Source: Hormoscilla sp. (GTDB lineage: Bacteria; Cyanobacteriota; Cyanobacteriia; Cyanobacteriales; Desertifilaceae). Taken from it: a DNA stretch of 48,260 nt. Where the stretch lies: positions 1 through 48,260 of the forward strand of contig JBFRWI010000043.1 in NCBI GenBank assembly GCA_051439505.1, given 5' to 3'. Positions 17,731 through 28,300 of this stretch are shown here, one piece after another. A model generated the notes under the pieces. It was given only the letters and a program-made list of their open reading frames with translations, did not search any database and was not told the origin of the DNA. The position numbers and the translations under genes are program-made. The first letter of the stretch is position 1. Each line of letters opens with the position of its first letter.

Positions 17731-18987
17731 TTAAGTACCAGTCAGTTGTAATTGCTGCTGCTGCAATATCTGGGCATAAAGCTTTTCCACCTGAGAGATA
17801 TTGCGAGTGAGAGTATAGCGTTCCAGCACGCGGCGTCGGGCTTTTTGCCCCAATAGCATAGTCAACTCCGGGTGGTCGCGAAACAGAGGCAGAAGGGTTC
17901 GCAGCTCAGAAGTAACGCGATTAGTATTTAAGATCACACCAGCGCCCCCCTCCAAGACTTCACCATCAGCCCCAGCATCTGTAGCGATGCAGGCCAGACC
18001 ACAAGCCATTGCTTCCAGGAGAGACAGGGAAAGCCCTTCTACAAATGAAGGCAAAATAAATACATCTGCACCCCGCAAGATTTCTATCCGCCGTTGTTCG
18101 TCACCAATGAAGCCCAACCAAATAATCCCATGTTCTGGACCATAAGCCAATTTCAAAGAAGCTGCCAAAGGTCCATTGCCGATAATTAAGAGCTTGCATT
18201 CATCTGGCATATTTGAGAGCTTCCAAGCCTTAAGTAAGGACTCGACATTCTTTTCTGCAGCGATTCTGCCCTGGTAGACAAACAGACGGGAGGCAGATAT
18301 CGAATGCTTCACATCAGCAGGTCCGGGGGAGTATTTCTGTTCATCTACCCCATTGGGAATCACTGCCACCTTCTCGGCGGGGACACCCAAACGCACCAAG
18401 AGGGTCCGCTGAATCTCAGAAAAGACGATTACACAATCATAGTTCGCCAGACAGGGAGCATATAGCTGATAAGTCAGATATTGAGTTCCCGAAGTCAGAT
18501 TGAGCATATTGGGGCCAAAGGGCGGGTGAAACGTCGCCACTAGGGGCAAAGAAAGTTCTTGACAGATTTCCGGTAGCAGGAAATCCAGAGGAGACAAGGT
18601 CAGGGAAGCATGCACTAAATCGGGCTGCAACTGCCAGAGCGATCGGGCCAACACTTGGCTCGATTTGAGAGTAGGAATAGTGTAAATCGTCGATTTGTAC
18701 AAACAGGGAAGAGAAACCTCCACCATCCAGTCTGGCCATCCGGGGACTTCCTTTTTCTCGCGGTGGGAACGACCGTTACCGTTGTATGAGGCAGTTTTGG
18801 GCAGCTGACTGTCAGGAGAGCGATCGTAAGTATACCTGCTCTTAGTATTCCCATTAGAGGATTCTGACTGAGCAAAATGAAGAAAGCTCACCTGATAGCC
18901 CCGGTCTAGCAACGCATTGGTTACCTCTCGCGAATAGGTAACGTTGCCACAGAAAGGTGATTTTTTTCCAAGCCAAGCGATATGCAT
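17731..18987 (-). CDS. dgdA: GT4 glycosyltransferase, probable DGDG synthase
   Basis: MHIAWLGKKSPFCGNVTY N-terminus recalled from cyanobacterial DgdA; EGLSLSLLEAMACG motif; deoC-recO-MFS context. Confidence 0.7.
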   Translation of the reverse strand: MHIAWLGKKSPFCGNVTYSREVTNALLDRGYQVSFLHFAQSESSNGNTKSRYTYDRSPDSQLPKTASYNGNGRSHREKKEVPGWPDWMVEVSLPCLYKSTIYTIPTLKSSQVLARSLWQLQPDLVHASLTLSPLDFLLPEICQELSLPLVATFHPPFGPNMLNLTSGTQYLTYQLYAPCLANYDCVIVFSEIQRTLLVRLGVPAEKVAVIPNGVDEQKYSPGPADVKHSISASRLFVYQGRIAAEKNVESLLKAWKLSNMPDECKLLIIGNGPLAASLKLAYGPEHGIIWLGFIGDEQRRIEILRGADVFILPSFVEGLSLSLLEAMACGLACIATDAGADGEVLEGGAGVILNTNRVTSELRTLLPLFRDHPELTMLLGQKARRRVLERYTLTRNISQVEKLYAQILQQQQLQLTGT

Positions 18988-19032
18988 TCAGGTCTTGCCG
19001 GTTGCGCTAATTGCTAATATGTACTGCGCGTG

Positions 19033-19257
19033 GTCCCTGAGCGCAGCCGAAGGGACGATAGAAGCGCTCAATTGCTAAATTAAACAGCGGACTGTGGATT
19101 ATTAACTACTTTACGGGCAATATACCAGCATACTAAAAAACTGGTAATTTCCGGAAAATCCCGATCCTTAGGCGGTTGACGCGGTTCGGCTCCCCTTCGG
19201 CTACGCTCAGGGGCCACGCTCACCGACCGCGCGGTCCCTGAGCGAAGCCGAAGGGAC
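19033..19257. repeat. REP family CCCTGAGCG(A/C)AGCCGAAGGG, three copies including an inverted pair
   Basis: About 19033-19055 (+), 19192-19213 (-) and 19234-19256 (+). Confidence 0.75.
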
Positions 19258-19526
19258 GCAAAAAAGCCACCATCTGCGTGGCCAGTGACTATTTTGCTGC
19301 CTTTCGGCTCTCCCAAAAAAGGGGTAAAGTTTGCCTCGGTCAAGTTAAAGGAGCTTTTTACATCTAACTCACAAGGGACCACTAAATCCATTCGTTCCGT
19401 TCCTTAAAGCTAGACGACTGTGCTCCGAGCTGGCGCTCACCCGTAGGTGTCATGACCCCCCTAACGTAGGTCTGATCCTGGACCTGCATCTTGCATCTTC
19501 CCGAGGGAGATAATTCCTGACATTGG

Positions 19527-20951
19527 TCAGAAATTACCGGATTTTATGCAAGAGGTTGAGAGCCCTCCTGCGAGTACCAGGGCCGCCAAAGACAACAATA
19601 CCACAGTTAAACCCAACCAGGTTTCTGCCACGCCGGCTAGAGCTAAGGGCAGACTCAAGGCGATATTGACAGCATTATTCTGAAGTCCGAATACTTTCCC
19701 CCGCATAGCTTCGGGGGTTTGTGCCTGGATCGTGGTTTGCATCGGGACGCCCACCATCGCCGCAAAGACTCCCAAACAAGTAATTAGCAGCAAAGCCGCC
19801 CACAGCAGCTGGGTACAGACAGAGAGGATAATTAAGGATCCTGCCATGCCTACCGAACCAATCAGACTCAGCTGGGCGTTAGACCCGATGCGCTGACCAA
19901 AATTACCGAGTATGGCCGCACCGAGGGCGATCCCGACCCCAGCAGCTGCTAGCAAGAAGCCAAACTGTTCGGCTTTCAGATCCGGGATTACCTCTGCCAT
20001 CCGCACTGCTAAAACTGCTAAGGCCGCAAACACTGAAAACAAAATAACCAGTTGGAGTATGGCGTTGCGGACGCGCTGGTTTTCTCCCAAATAGCGCAGG
20101 CCCTCGCGGATATCTTGCCAAACATGGGGATGTTCCTCTTCATTTGCAGCTGGTTTTTCCCCCGTCTTCAGCAGCAACAGCAGCAGACCTGCCAGACAAT
20201 AAGAACCTCCCACCACCAGTTCTTTACCAATATCGCTGTTGCCAATAATTTTGTCCATGACAGTATCGGCGATCGCCAGGACTGGTTCTCCCAGGGCAAA
20301 GCCAACGATGACGGAGGCCATCATGGTGGTAGTGTACAGAGAGTTTGCTGGCAGCAAGTGACGGCGCTCTACGATCAATGGAATTGCCGACTGTTCTGCC
20401 GGTGCAAAAAACTGTGTCAGGGTAGAAACCAAAAAGGTGATCGAAAGCAGAAGATAGAATCCCACTGGCAGTCCGAAAGCCCCTGTTGCTCCCTGAGAAA
20501 ACCATAGCAACAGTGGCACTACCAACACCAAGAGCCCTCGCAGGATATTTGTCAATACCAGCATTCCCTTTTTTGACCAGCGATCGACAAAAACTCCGGC
20601 GATCGAACCAAACAGCACCGCTGGGATAGTAAAAGCAATCATAATGGCTGAGACCCAGCCGCTGATGGTCTGATTTTCGTTTTGAAAGCGACTCGCAATG
20701 ATCGCAATCATCAGCACCAGATACACTTTATCTGCAAGCTGGGAAAATACTTGACCGCTCCAGAGTGTGAGGAAATTCCGGTTTTGCAATACAACAGAGA
20801 ACCCAACCTGTGGATCGAGATCTTGAGGTAGATCCTGTTTTTGCTCGTCACAGTTCAATTCCAGAGTGGGTGGTGTGAGTTGTGCTTCCCTCACATCGGG
20901 CGGCTGGTTGCCCAGAGGTGTTACTATTTCTTCGGTCTCATAATTAGACAT
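19527..20951 (-). CDS. MFS transporter
   Basis: NFLTLWSGQVFSQLADK, AGVFVDRWSKK, MRGKVFG and about 12 TM segments. Start set at MSNYET, downstream of recO. Confidence 0.9.
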   Translation of the reverse strand: MSNYETEEIVTPLGNQPPDVREAQLTPPTLELNCDEQKQDLPQDLDPQVGFSVVLQNRNFLTLWSGQVFSQLADKVYLVLMIAIIASRFQNENQTISGWVSAIMIAFTIPAVLFGSIAGVFVDRWSKKGMLVLTNILRGLLVLVVPLLLWFSQGATGAFGLPVGFYLLLSITFLVSTLTQFFAPAEQSAIPLIVERRHLLPANSLYTTTMMASVIVGFALGEPVLAIADTVMDKIIGNSDIGKELVVGGSYCLAGLLLLLLKTGEKPAANEEEHPHVWQDIREGLRYLGENQRVRNAILQLVILFSVFAALAVLAVRMAEVIPDLKAEQFGFLLAAAGVGIALGAAILGNFGQRIGSNAQLSLIGSVGMAGSLIILSVCTQLLWAALLLITCLGVFAAMVGVPMQTTIQAQTPEAMRGKVFGLQNNAVNIALSLPLALAGVAETWLGLTVVLLSLAALVLAGGLSTSCIKSGNF

Positions 20952-20965
20952 GATCGCAAACGCTA

Positions 20966-21877
20966 TTAAGTAGGCGATATTGGAAAACAAGTATCTATCA
21001 AGGCGGCGGCACGCAACTGTCGATCGAAATGATATTCGGCATACTGGCGCAGAATTTGTTCTAACCTGCGCCATGTAAGGCTGGTTGCGTTCTTGAGCTT
21101 GGGCAATTCCGGAGCAGCCAGTTGCTGGAGCAAGGCTAATTCGGTGGCGTTGATGCGTGCCTGTAGCGCTCTTTGACAAGACATTTTTTTGTCACTTTGG
21201 CGATCATACCCTACTTCTGCTGATGACTCTGAACTAGATTGCCTTTTGTGGGACTCTCCCGATGGTCGCGCGATCACCACCTTCCGACCAGCACCATTGG
21301 CCTGAGGAGAAAGCACCTCAGCCATGACCGTGCCACCCGCTGGCACGCTAAAGCCAACGTACCAGTTAGGGTTAGCAAAATCTGGGATGAGGGGCTGTTG
21401 GGTAATGCAGCACAGCTGCACTTGGGGAGCGAGCCCGGCGAGCACCAGTAGGTGAAAGACCGCCTGGGTTAAGTGGCCCATGACGGTAGGTAGTGGTGCC
21501 GTCTCCAAGCGTCGGAGATGTTCGCTGAGTAACTCATAGAGTTCCCCTTGGGGCTGGTCGCTCAAAGCTTGCAGCAGCACCAGTTCTGCCAAGTATTGAC
21601 TGGCGGTCAACTTTGTCAGATTCACAGACAAACCTGGATAAGATTCCAGGGTTTGAGCTTGAGTAATTTTATCGAGATTGCGCCCCCGAGCAATCAGCAG
21701 TTGATTGACCACAAATAGCCCACTCCGGCCAGCAAACTGGGATTTGTGCTTCCGGGCCCCCGGTGCCACCGCCCGAATTACGCCAAACTCAGGGGTCAAA
21801 ATCGTCAACAGCCGGTCATACTCTCCCAGGGGCATGCCCTTGAGATTGATTCCAGTTGCTTTGTAAGTGCGACTCAT
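20966..21877 (-). CDS. recO: DNA repair protein RecO
   Basis: MSRTYKATGINLKGMPLGEYDRLLTILT..G..RAVAPGARK. Confidence 0.93.
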   Translation of the reverse strand: MSRTYKATGINLKGMPLGEYDRLLTILTPEFGVIRAVAPGARKHKSQFAGRSGLFVVNQLLIARGRNLDKITQAQTLESYPGLSVNLTKLTASQYLAELVLLQALSDQPQGELYELLSEHLRRLETAPLPTVMGHLTQAVFHLLVLAGLAPQVQLCCITQQPLIPDFANPNWYVGFSVPAGGTVMAEVLSPQANGAGRKVVIARPSGESHKRQSSSESSAEVGYDRQSDKKMSCQRALQARINATELALLQQLAAPELPKLKNATSLTWRRLEQILRQYAEYHFDRQLRAAALIDTCFPISPT

Positions 21878-21914
21878 GTTAGCTATTACCAATGGTTAGT
21901 TATTGACATGGCCA

Positions 21915-22601
21915 TTAGTCATCAGCCTCCCAAGCGAGTCGATCGCCCTGACGCAGCAAATCTGGGCCGCGTGAGGTTCCCAATCGGGTAGCACCGGCCA
22001 TAACTAAATCATAGGCTTGCTCTAGATTCCGAATACCCCCAGATGCTTTAATCCCTACTTGTCCCTTAGTTAATTGCTGGAGAAGTCGCACATCGGCCAC
22101 TGTGGCCCCTTTATTCCAGCCAGTGCAGGTTTTCAAGAAAGCCACGCCAGCATCTAAACAAATTTCCGCTGCCAGTCGTTTTTCCGCCTCTGTCAGCAAA
22201 GTTGTTTCCAAAATGGCCTTGACAGTTTGACCAGTTTCCTCACAGATTTGGGCAATTTCCCGGTGGACGGCTTCAGTTTTCCCGGCTTTCAACAGTCCGA
22301 GGTTGAGCATGACATCTAGCTCAACTGCCCCATGTTCTACAGCCTCCATAGCTTCGTATAGCTTGACTGCTGCGGTAGTAGCGCCAGTGGGAAAGCCAAT
22401 GACTGTACAGACTTTGGGTGCTTTACCGTGGAGGATATCGGCTGCTTGACGCACATAGGCAGGAGCTACACAGACTGTAATAAAATTCATCTGCTCTGCT
22501 TCTTCACACCACTGTACTACCTGTTGGGGGGTAGCGGTAGGATGCAGCAGCGAGTGCTCGATATACTCGGCAATATCAATATCGGGATAGTCTAGCTCCA
22601 T
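21915..22601 (-). CDS. deoC: Deoxyribose-phosphate aldolase
   Basis: [34 protein letters not shown] and RLGTS. Confidence 0.95.
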   Translation of the reverse strand: MELDYPDIDIAEYIEHSLLHPTATPQQVVQWCEEAEQMNFITVCVAPAYVRQAADILHGKAPKVCTVIGFPTGATTAAVKLYEAMEAVEHGAVELDVMLNLGLLKAGKTEAVHREIAQICEETGQTVKAILETTLLTEAEKRLAAEICLDAGVAFLKTCTGWNKGATVADVRLLQQLTKGQVGIKASGGIRNLEQAYDLVMAGATRLGTSRGPDLLRQGDRLAWEADD

Positions 22602-22754
22602 TACTACCTCACAAGGGTCACTCCTGGTGTTAATTGTGATCCTAAAACAGCAACTTTAGCAACTTGCTTGTCAGCTGTTCGGTATAAAATTAGATTTATT
22701 GTTATCAATTTATAGTTATGAATTAATATATGGCCAGCAAGGACAGTCCCAAAC

Positions 22755-22807
22755 AAAAAACCCCCAGCCCGGGGGCTGAGGGGATTATTATCAGGGTGCA
22801 TCTACCT
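22755..22807 (-). ncRNA. NsiR1-like small RNA, copy 1
   Basis: Minus strand GGTAGATGCACCCTGATAATAATCCCCTCAGCCCCCGGGCTGGGGGTTTTTT: NsiR1-like 5' end, hairpin and U-tail; TCGGGA about 32 nt upstream. Confidence 0.7.
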
Positions 22808-22882
22808 TTAATTCATCCTGGGAAGGTCCGAACAGATCCCGAAAAAAAGGTTCTTTGGGCTCTCCCTCCGACTATGACAGAT

Positions 22883-22934
22883 AAAAAAACCTCAGCGGGG
22901 GGGCTGAGGGTAATTTTTCAGGGTGCATCTACTG
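22883..22934 (-). ncRNA. NsiR1-like small RNA, copy 2
   Basis: Minus strand GTAGATGCACCCTGAAAAATTACCCTCAGCCCCCCCGCTGAGGTTTTTTT; exact TCCGGA at 22963-22968. Confidence 0.72.
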
Positions 22935-22962
22935 CTTATTAATCCCACCAAGCTTGAAGCGG

Positions 22963-22968
22963 TCCGGA
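22963..22968 (-). promoter_or_regulatory. DIF1-like -35 motif TCCGGA
   Basis: Lies about 30-35 nt upstream of the predicted sRNA 5' end; a one-mismatch equivalent at 22837-22842 for copy 1. Confidence 0.55.
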
Positions 22969-23126
22969 AAAAATTGCGCCCGATCCTGTGGCGTCAGTTC
23001 CCTCGCAATCTAGGCCAGTTAACGAATACCTTACTCTTAGGAGAGTTCCTAGAGTTGCGACCAGTATTAATTAGGCTTTAGGATCGTAATTGGGGATCGT
23101 GAGAAACTCTCAATGTAGCAGTATGC

Positions 23127-23762
23127 ATGCAGATGAACAGATTAGTTAACTTAAAAGTACGCACCAAACCTGTTGTCCTGTCAACTTCCAGGTCGAGAAA
23201 CTCCCCCAGGAGTAGGCCCCAGCGTTTGCTCGATCCCACGGGTGCGATCGGATCTCGTCTTTACCAGACTGTTGCCACTCTAATCTCTAGACTCCACCCC
23301 CAATGGCGGCGGCGCTTGCGTTACTATTACTGGCGCTTGGTCCGCCTCCGTGGCACCCCAGAATCGATCGCCCTTGGTTTAGCTGTTGGGGTTTTCGCTG
23401 GCATGTTTCCCCTCTTTGGACTACAATTATTGCTGGCCATTGCCCTGGCAACTCTCGTGCGCGGACATAAATTCATGGCCGTTGCTGGGACTTGGGTGAG
23501 CAATCCCTTGACTTATGTTCCTATCTATGGCTTTAACTTGAAGGTGGGTAAATGGCTGCTAGGTAAGGAGAATCTGTCTTTGTCCGAGCAGATGTGGCAG
23601 TCACCGCAGGAGCTGATGCACTTAAAGGGCGAGTTATTCGCGATTATGTTTGTGGGCTCCTTGGCTGTGGGTGTAGTTTGTGCCGTTGTCAGTTATTTTA
23701 TCTGTTTGTGGCGAATTCGGCAAATTCGTCGTAGCCGCTATCGCTCGTTGTACAGTCCATAG
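23127..23762 (+). CDS. DUF2062-family membrane protein
   Basis: RLRGTPESIALGLAVGVFAG.FP, TWVSNPLTYVPIY; true start uncertain. Confidence 0.85.
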   Translation: MQMNRLVNLKVRTKPVVLSTSRSRNSPRSRPQRLLDPTGAIGSRLYQTVATLISRLHPQWRRRLRYYYWRLVRLRGTPESIALGLAVGVFAGMFPLFGLQLLLAIALATLVRGHKFMAVAGTWVSNPLTYVPIYGFNLKVGKWLLGKENLSLSEQMWQSPQELMHLKGELFAIMFVGSLAVGVVCAVVSYFICLWRIRQIRRSRYRSLYSP

Positions 23763-23883
23763 CATTGAGGTCTGTATTAATGAGGCAATTTTTTGGGGTC
23801 TCACTAATATCTAAATCTTACTCGCTGTCGAAATTTGCTGCTTGCACAAATTCCGACAGTCTCGCTTTTGATCTTTTTAGTTT

Positions 23884-24369
23884 TTAGTTTAACCATCCCC
23901 AGCTTGGAGATGTGCTGGTTAGATGAAGCTTGTTTTTGGGTAACGAGAGCATTCTCTTTCCTAATGCTTTCACACCAGGATCGCCATCATCTATAATCAG
24001 CATTGACATGAGCACTTCCATGACTTGCTCCGATCCGGGTGCGCTGAGTACCCGATCTTGGATCTCCTGCAATTTGTCGTCCAGCATGTCTTCGACGTCG
24101 GTGTCCCGATCGAGTGTCGCCATTTCTGCTTGCAGTGACTTGAGTTCCTGACGCAGAAAGCTCATTTCTTCTGTATTAGGTATTTCCTTGAGCATAGCGG
24201 CGATCGCCTTTTGCACGTCTCCGGCAGTTATGCTATCCACTTGGTCATACTGCTCGACTTGGCTATACCCTGCTTCTGAGACTACCGCAGCACCGGTGGT
24301 CATCGGTGCTGGTTCCGGTGCGGGGATGAACAGGGTGAGAGTTGAGAACATGAGACAGCCAAAACACAT
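23884..24369 (-). CDS. Hypothetical protein with hydrophobic N-terminus
   Basis: 161 aa ORF, AGGAG upstream, helical acidic core. Confidence 0.6.
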   Translation of the reverse strand: MCFGCLMFSTLTLFIPAPEPAPMTTGAAVVSEAGYSQVEQYDQVDSITAGDVQKAIAAMLKEIPNTEEMSFLRQELKSLQAEMATLDRDTDVEDMLDDKLQEIQDRVLSAPGSEQVMEVLMSMLIIDDGDPGVKALGKRMLSLPKNKLHLTSTSPSWGWLN

Positions 24370-24596
24370 GATTTACTTACTCCTGAAACAACACTTTTGA
24401 GAGACTTTACCAATTCTAGCACCATCGAGAATGCTGGCCCTACCTAGATTTTTATGTTATCATGCAGAATCCGCATCTTCCCTTTAGAGGACGACAGTTA
24501 TTGGTAAAATGTTCGTGGGTGTTTTTCCCTTACTGCTTGTGCATGATAAAAATGCGCTTAAATTTAGTTGTGCTCGTCCTCTGGCGCGATCGCCTG

Positions 24597-24890
24597 TCAT
24601 CGGGAACGAGCATTATCTAGTCTCCAGCACAAATTGATTATCGATCGCGGTAGTTGGGAAATGCCAATGGTGTAATCACAGCAAGCACAACTATTTAGGC
24701 TTGCTATCAAGTTGACTCTGATTTTCAGTCTCGACTGGAGTTCGGTCTCCTGAAATTCGTATTTTTTCGACCAGTCGATCTGCCCATGGGCTGCGGGGAA
24801 AAAGAACTCCAGAAATTCGGGGAAATATTTACCTATGATATCTTTCCAGGGACTATCATATTCTGCTCGTGGTTCATTCCGATCTGACAT
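24597..24890 (-). pseudogene. Truncated Rpn-like nuclease paralogue
   Basis: First ~52 aa (AEYDSPWKDIIGKYFPEFLEFFFP...IDWSKKYEF..TELQ) align to the 8970 protein; similarity ends before the catalytic motif. Confidence 0.8.
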
Positions 24891-24958
24891 TTATCTCCTC
24901 TCTTCGTTCTCACTCTCTATTATACCATTTGTGAAAAAGTAATTTCCTCACTTCGCTT

Positions 24959-25192
24959 TTAGCCCGCTTTCAAATTAAAACCATCTAATTCTGGGAGTTC
25001 GTGACCCATGGCGATACCAATAAGTATCCACTCCTCTAAAACTTCCAATAATTCCTGGCGACATTCTTCTAGAGTGCTGCCGGTTGCCCATACCCCAGTA
25101 GCACCAGGAATCGACCCGTAAAAACCTTCTTCCTCCTCAAGGATCTCATATTTTGCTGCCTGCATTGCTTTTTGTAGATATTCTTGAATCAT
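24959..25192 (-). CDS. hicB: HicB-family antitoxin-like protein (no adjacent hicA seen)
   Basis: EEEGFYGSIPG..GVWATGSTLEECRQELLEVLEEW. Confidence 0.8.
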   Translation of the reverse strand: MIQEYLQKAMQAAKYEILEEEEGFYGSIPGATGVWATGSTLEECRQELLEVLEEWILIGIAMGHELPELDGFNLKAG

Positions 25193-25387
25193 TGTCAACC
25201 GATCCTCTCTAAGCTCACTATACTAATCTACATATTAATCCGATCGATGTCAAGGCGATCGCTGCCACTACAGTAACCCAGAAACCCGGTTTCTCCGAGA
25301 AACCGGGTTTCTTAATTAAACTGCTGGACGCGAAAGCGCCTGGGAAGCACTAAAGTGCTTACTACGAACCTGGTTTCTTCATTGTTG

Positions 25388-28300
25388 CTAGGATTTCCCG
25401 ATCGGGAGAGTATCTTCGATCGCCCCTTCCGCAAGATGGGCGATCGCGCGCAACCGATCGACCATTTTGCCATCGACATTTTGCCAGAAACCCCGCTGAT
25501 GGGCTTCTAACAACCGTTCTGCCATATCCCGCAAGGCCCAAGGATTCTTTTCGTGGATAAAATCTCGTACTGCTGGGTCCAGCAAATAGGCATCAGCTAC
25601 TCCCCGATACATGTAATCTTCCACGCAGTTAGCTGTCGCATCGTAGGCGAACAAATAATCCACCGTTGCGGCTATTTCAAAGGCACCTTTATAACCGTGA
25701 CGCATCACCCCCGCTATCCATTTGGGATTTACCACCCGCGAACGATAGACTCGGGCGATTTCCGACCGCAACTGCCGCACTCGGGGATTTTGGGGCACCG
25801 AATTATCTCCAAAATAAGTTTGAGGATTTTTGCCTGTAAGCGATCGCACTGCTGCCGTTAACCCCCCCTGGAATTGGTAATAATCATCGGAGTCCAACAA
25901 ATCGTGTTCCCGGTTGTCCTGATTGTGCAAAACGATCTGCATCTGTTCCAGGCGCTGCTGGAAGGCTTCCGGCGCAGCAGCACCCATGTTATTCTTAGTA
26001 TAAGCGTAGCTACTCCAGTTAATGTAAGCCCGCGCTAAATCCCGATCGTCAGTCCAGTTTTGGGCTTCAATTAAACCTTGTAAACCAGCACCGTAGGCAC
26101 CGGGTTTAGAACCAAACACCCGATAGCGCGATCGGGTCTCTGCCTGGGACTGAGTCAACCCTGCTGCCAACCAAAACTGAGTTTCCTGCTGCACTTGGGA
26201 TGCCAAAGGATTGTCTGCTGGGGGTTCGTCTAAAGCGGCAACTGCTGCCACTGCTTGGTCAAATAAATCGATTAAATTAGGAAAAGCATCCCGGAAAAAT
26301 CCCGAAATCCTCAAGGTCACATCTACCCGGGGGCGTCCTAAAAAGGAGATGGGCAGAATTTCAAAATCTACCACCCGCCGTCCGGGACCATCCCACACCG
26401 GTTGCACCCCTAGCAATGCTAACGCTTCTGCCATATCGTCCCCCCCCGATCGCATGGTAGAAGTGCCCCAGACAGAGAGTCCCAAAGTGCGAGGATATTC
26501 TCCATGTTCCTGAGTGTAACTTTCAATCAATGCCTCAGCGGCCTTGCGTCCAATATCCCAGGCAGTTTCTGTCGGAATTGCCCGGATATCTACAGAATAG
26601 AAATTGCGACCCGTGGGTAAAACTTCCGGACGCCCCCTTGTGGGTGCCCCCGCCGGACCGCTGGGTACATATCCCCCATCTAGTCCCCGCAACAGTTGGG
26701 TAATTTCCTCCCGAGTTTCTTGCAATGCCGGCAGCAGTTTCTTGCCGATCCAATTTAATTCTTCCTGGGTTTTAGTGGGTGGGGTGGGCGATGCCCACCT
26801 TACGATTGTACCTTGAGGACTTTCAATTAGCTGTTGGACTAATTCAGCGGCTTTTTCTTCTAATTCCGCAATCACATCCCCGACCGTGAAACAGGGTTTG
26901 GATAAATATGCGATCGCCCTTTGGTCTGGGAAAATTTGAGCTGGGTCTGCGGTCAGGGGGTCGAAGTCCAGACCCCAATCAACTGCTAAACTGCGGGTAA
27001 TGCCGGTGGTGCGGCCACGGGAAATGGCCACCATCAAATCCCGCAACTGACGCCCTTGAGGACATTGGCCAAAGATATGCAAACCATCCCGAATTTGAGC
27101 TTCTTTTAACTCGCATAAATAACCATCCGCAGTCTTCAGCAATTCCGTAAATTCTTCTGACTTGACAAATGCTAAATCTTGGTGTAAGTTCTCTTCCTGG
27201 AAAAGAGCCGTAATGCGATCGCGAATGGCAGGCAAGCGGGAAGGGTCGAGCATTTGGGCCTCGTAATACTCATCAATAAAACGTTCCAACTGCTGCAAAG
27301 GACCGTAAAGTTCCGCCCGAGTCATGGGGGGCGTCAGGTGGTCGATAATTACTGCCTGCGATCGCCGCTTAGCTTGAGAACCTTCCCCGGGGTCATTGAC
27401 AATAAAAGGATAAAAATGGGGCATGGCCCCCAGGGCGATCTCGGGATAACAACTATCGGACAGGGCCACACTTTTACCGGGCAACCATTCTAAATTTCCG
27501 TGTTTCCCCAGATGCACGATCCCATGGGCCCCAAACCCTTGGCGCAACCAATAGTAGAAAGCTAAATAAGCATGAGTCGGTTCTAAATCTGGGGCATGAT
27601 AATTCAAAGCGGGGTCAATATCGTAGCCTCGCGCTGGTTGAATGCCCACAAATATATTCCCCAACATGATACCAGGAATGGGGATGCTTTTCTCAGTACA
27701 ATCTCCCCAGCGATCGCCGATTTCCCGCTGCACTTTGGGGGGCAAGTTGGCAAAATATTTTCGATATTCCTCCAGGGACAAGCAATGGGCGATCGATCGC
27801 AAATCTTTTCCTTCCGGGTCGTTCGTCACTCCAGCAGTCAGGCGTTGAATCAGTTCGTCCCCCGTAGCAGGAATATTCTCCAAATGATATCCCGCTGCTG
27901 ACAAAGCTTGGAGAATTTCCACACAACTAGCGGGGGTATCTAAGCCAACCCCATTAGCCAAACGTCCGTCACGAGTGGGATAATTAGCCAAAATCAGGGC
28001 AATTTTCCTTGACCCTGCTGGGGTTTGCCCCAGTCGCACCCAATTAGCAGCTAGATCGGCAACGAAATTAATCCGCGATCGCTCTGGTTGATAAACTACC
28101 ACATCCGTTTCCAAATCCCGATCGTGGTGTTGCACCGCCTTAAAAGAAACCGCACGGCTAATAATGCGCCCATCCACCTCTGGTAGGGCCACATTCATGG
28201 CCACATCCCGTGGGGTCAACCCCCCAGTTCCCGACTGCCATTGTGCGATCGTGCCGCCGCTGAAAATTACCTGCAACACTGGCACGTCTAGACTTTTCCA

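Noticed and set aside
20952..21179. Long N-terminal extension of the MFS overlapping recO
   Set aside because: ATG at 20951 just after the recO stop gives a normal operon arrangement.
22604..22942. ORFs 22604-22801 (-) and 22730-22942 (+)
   Set aside because: They run through the terminator hairpins of the sRNA-like units and have no protein-like features.
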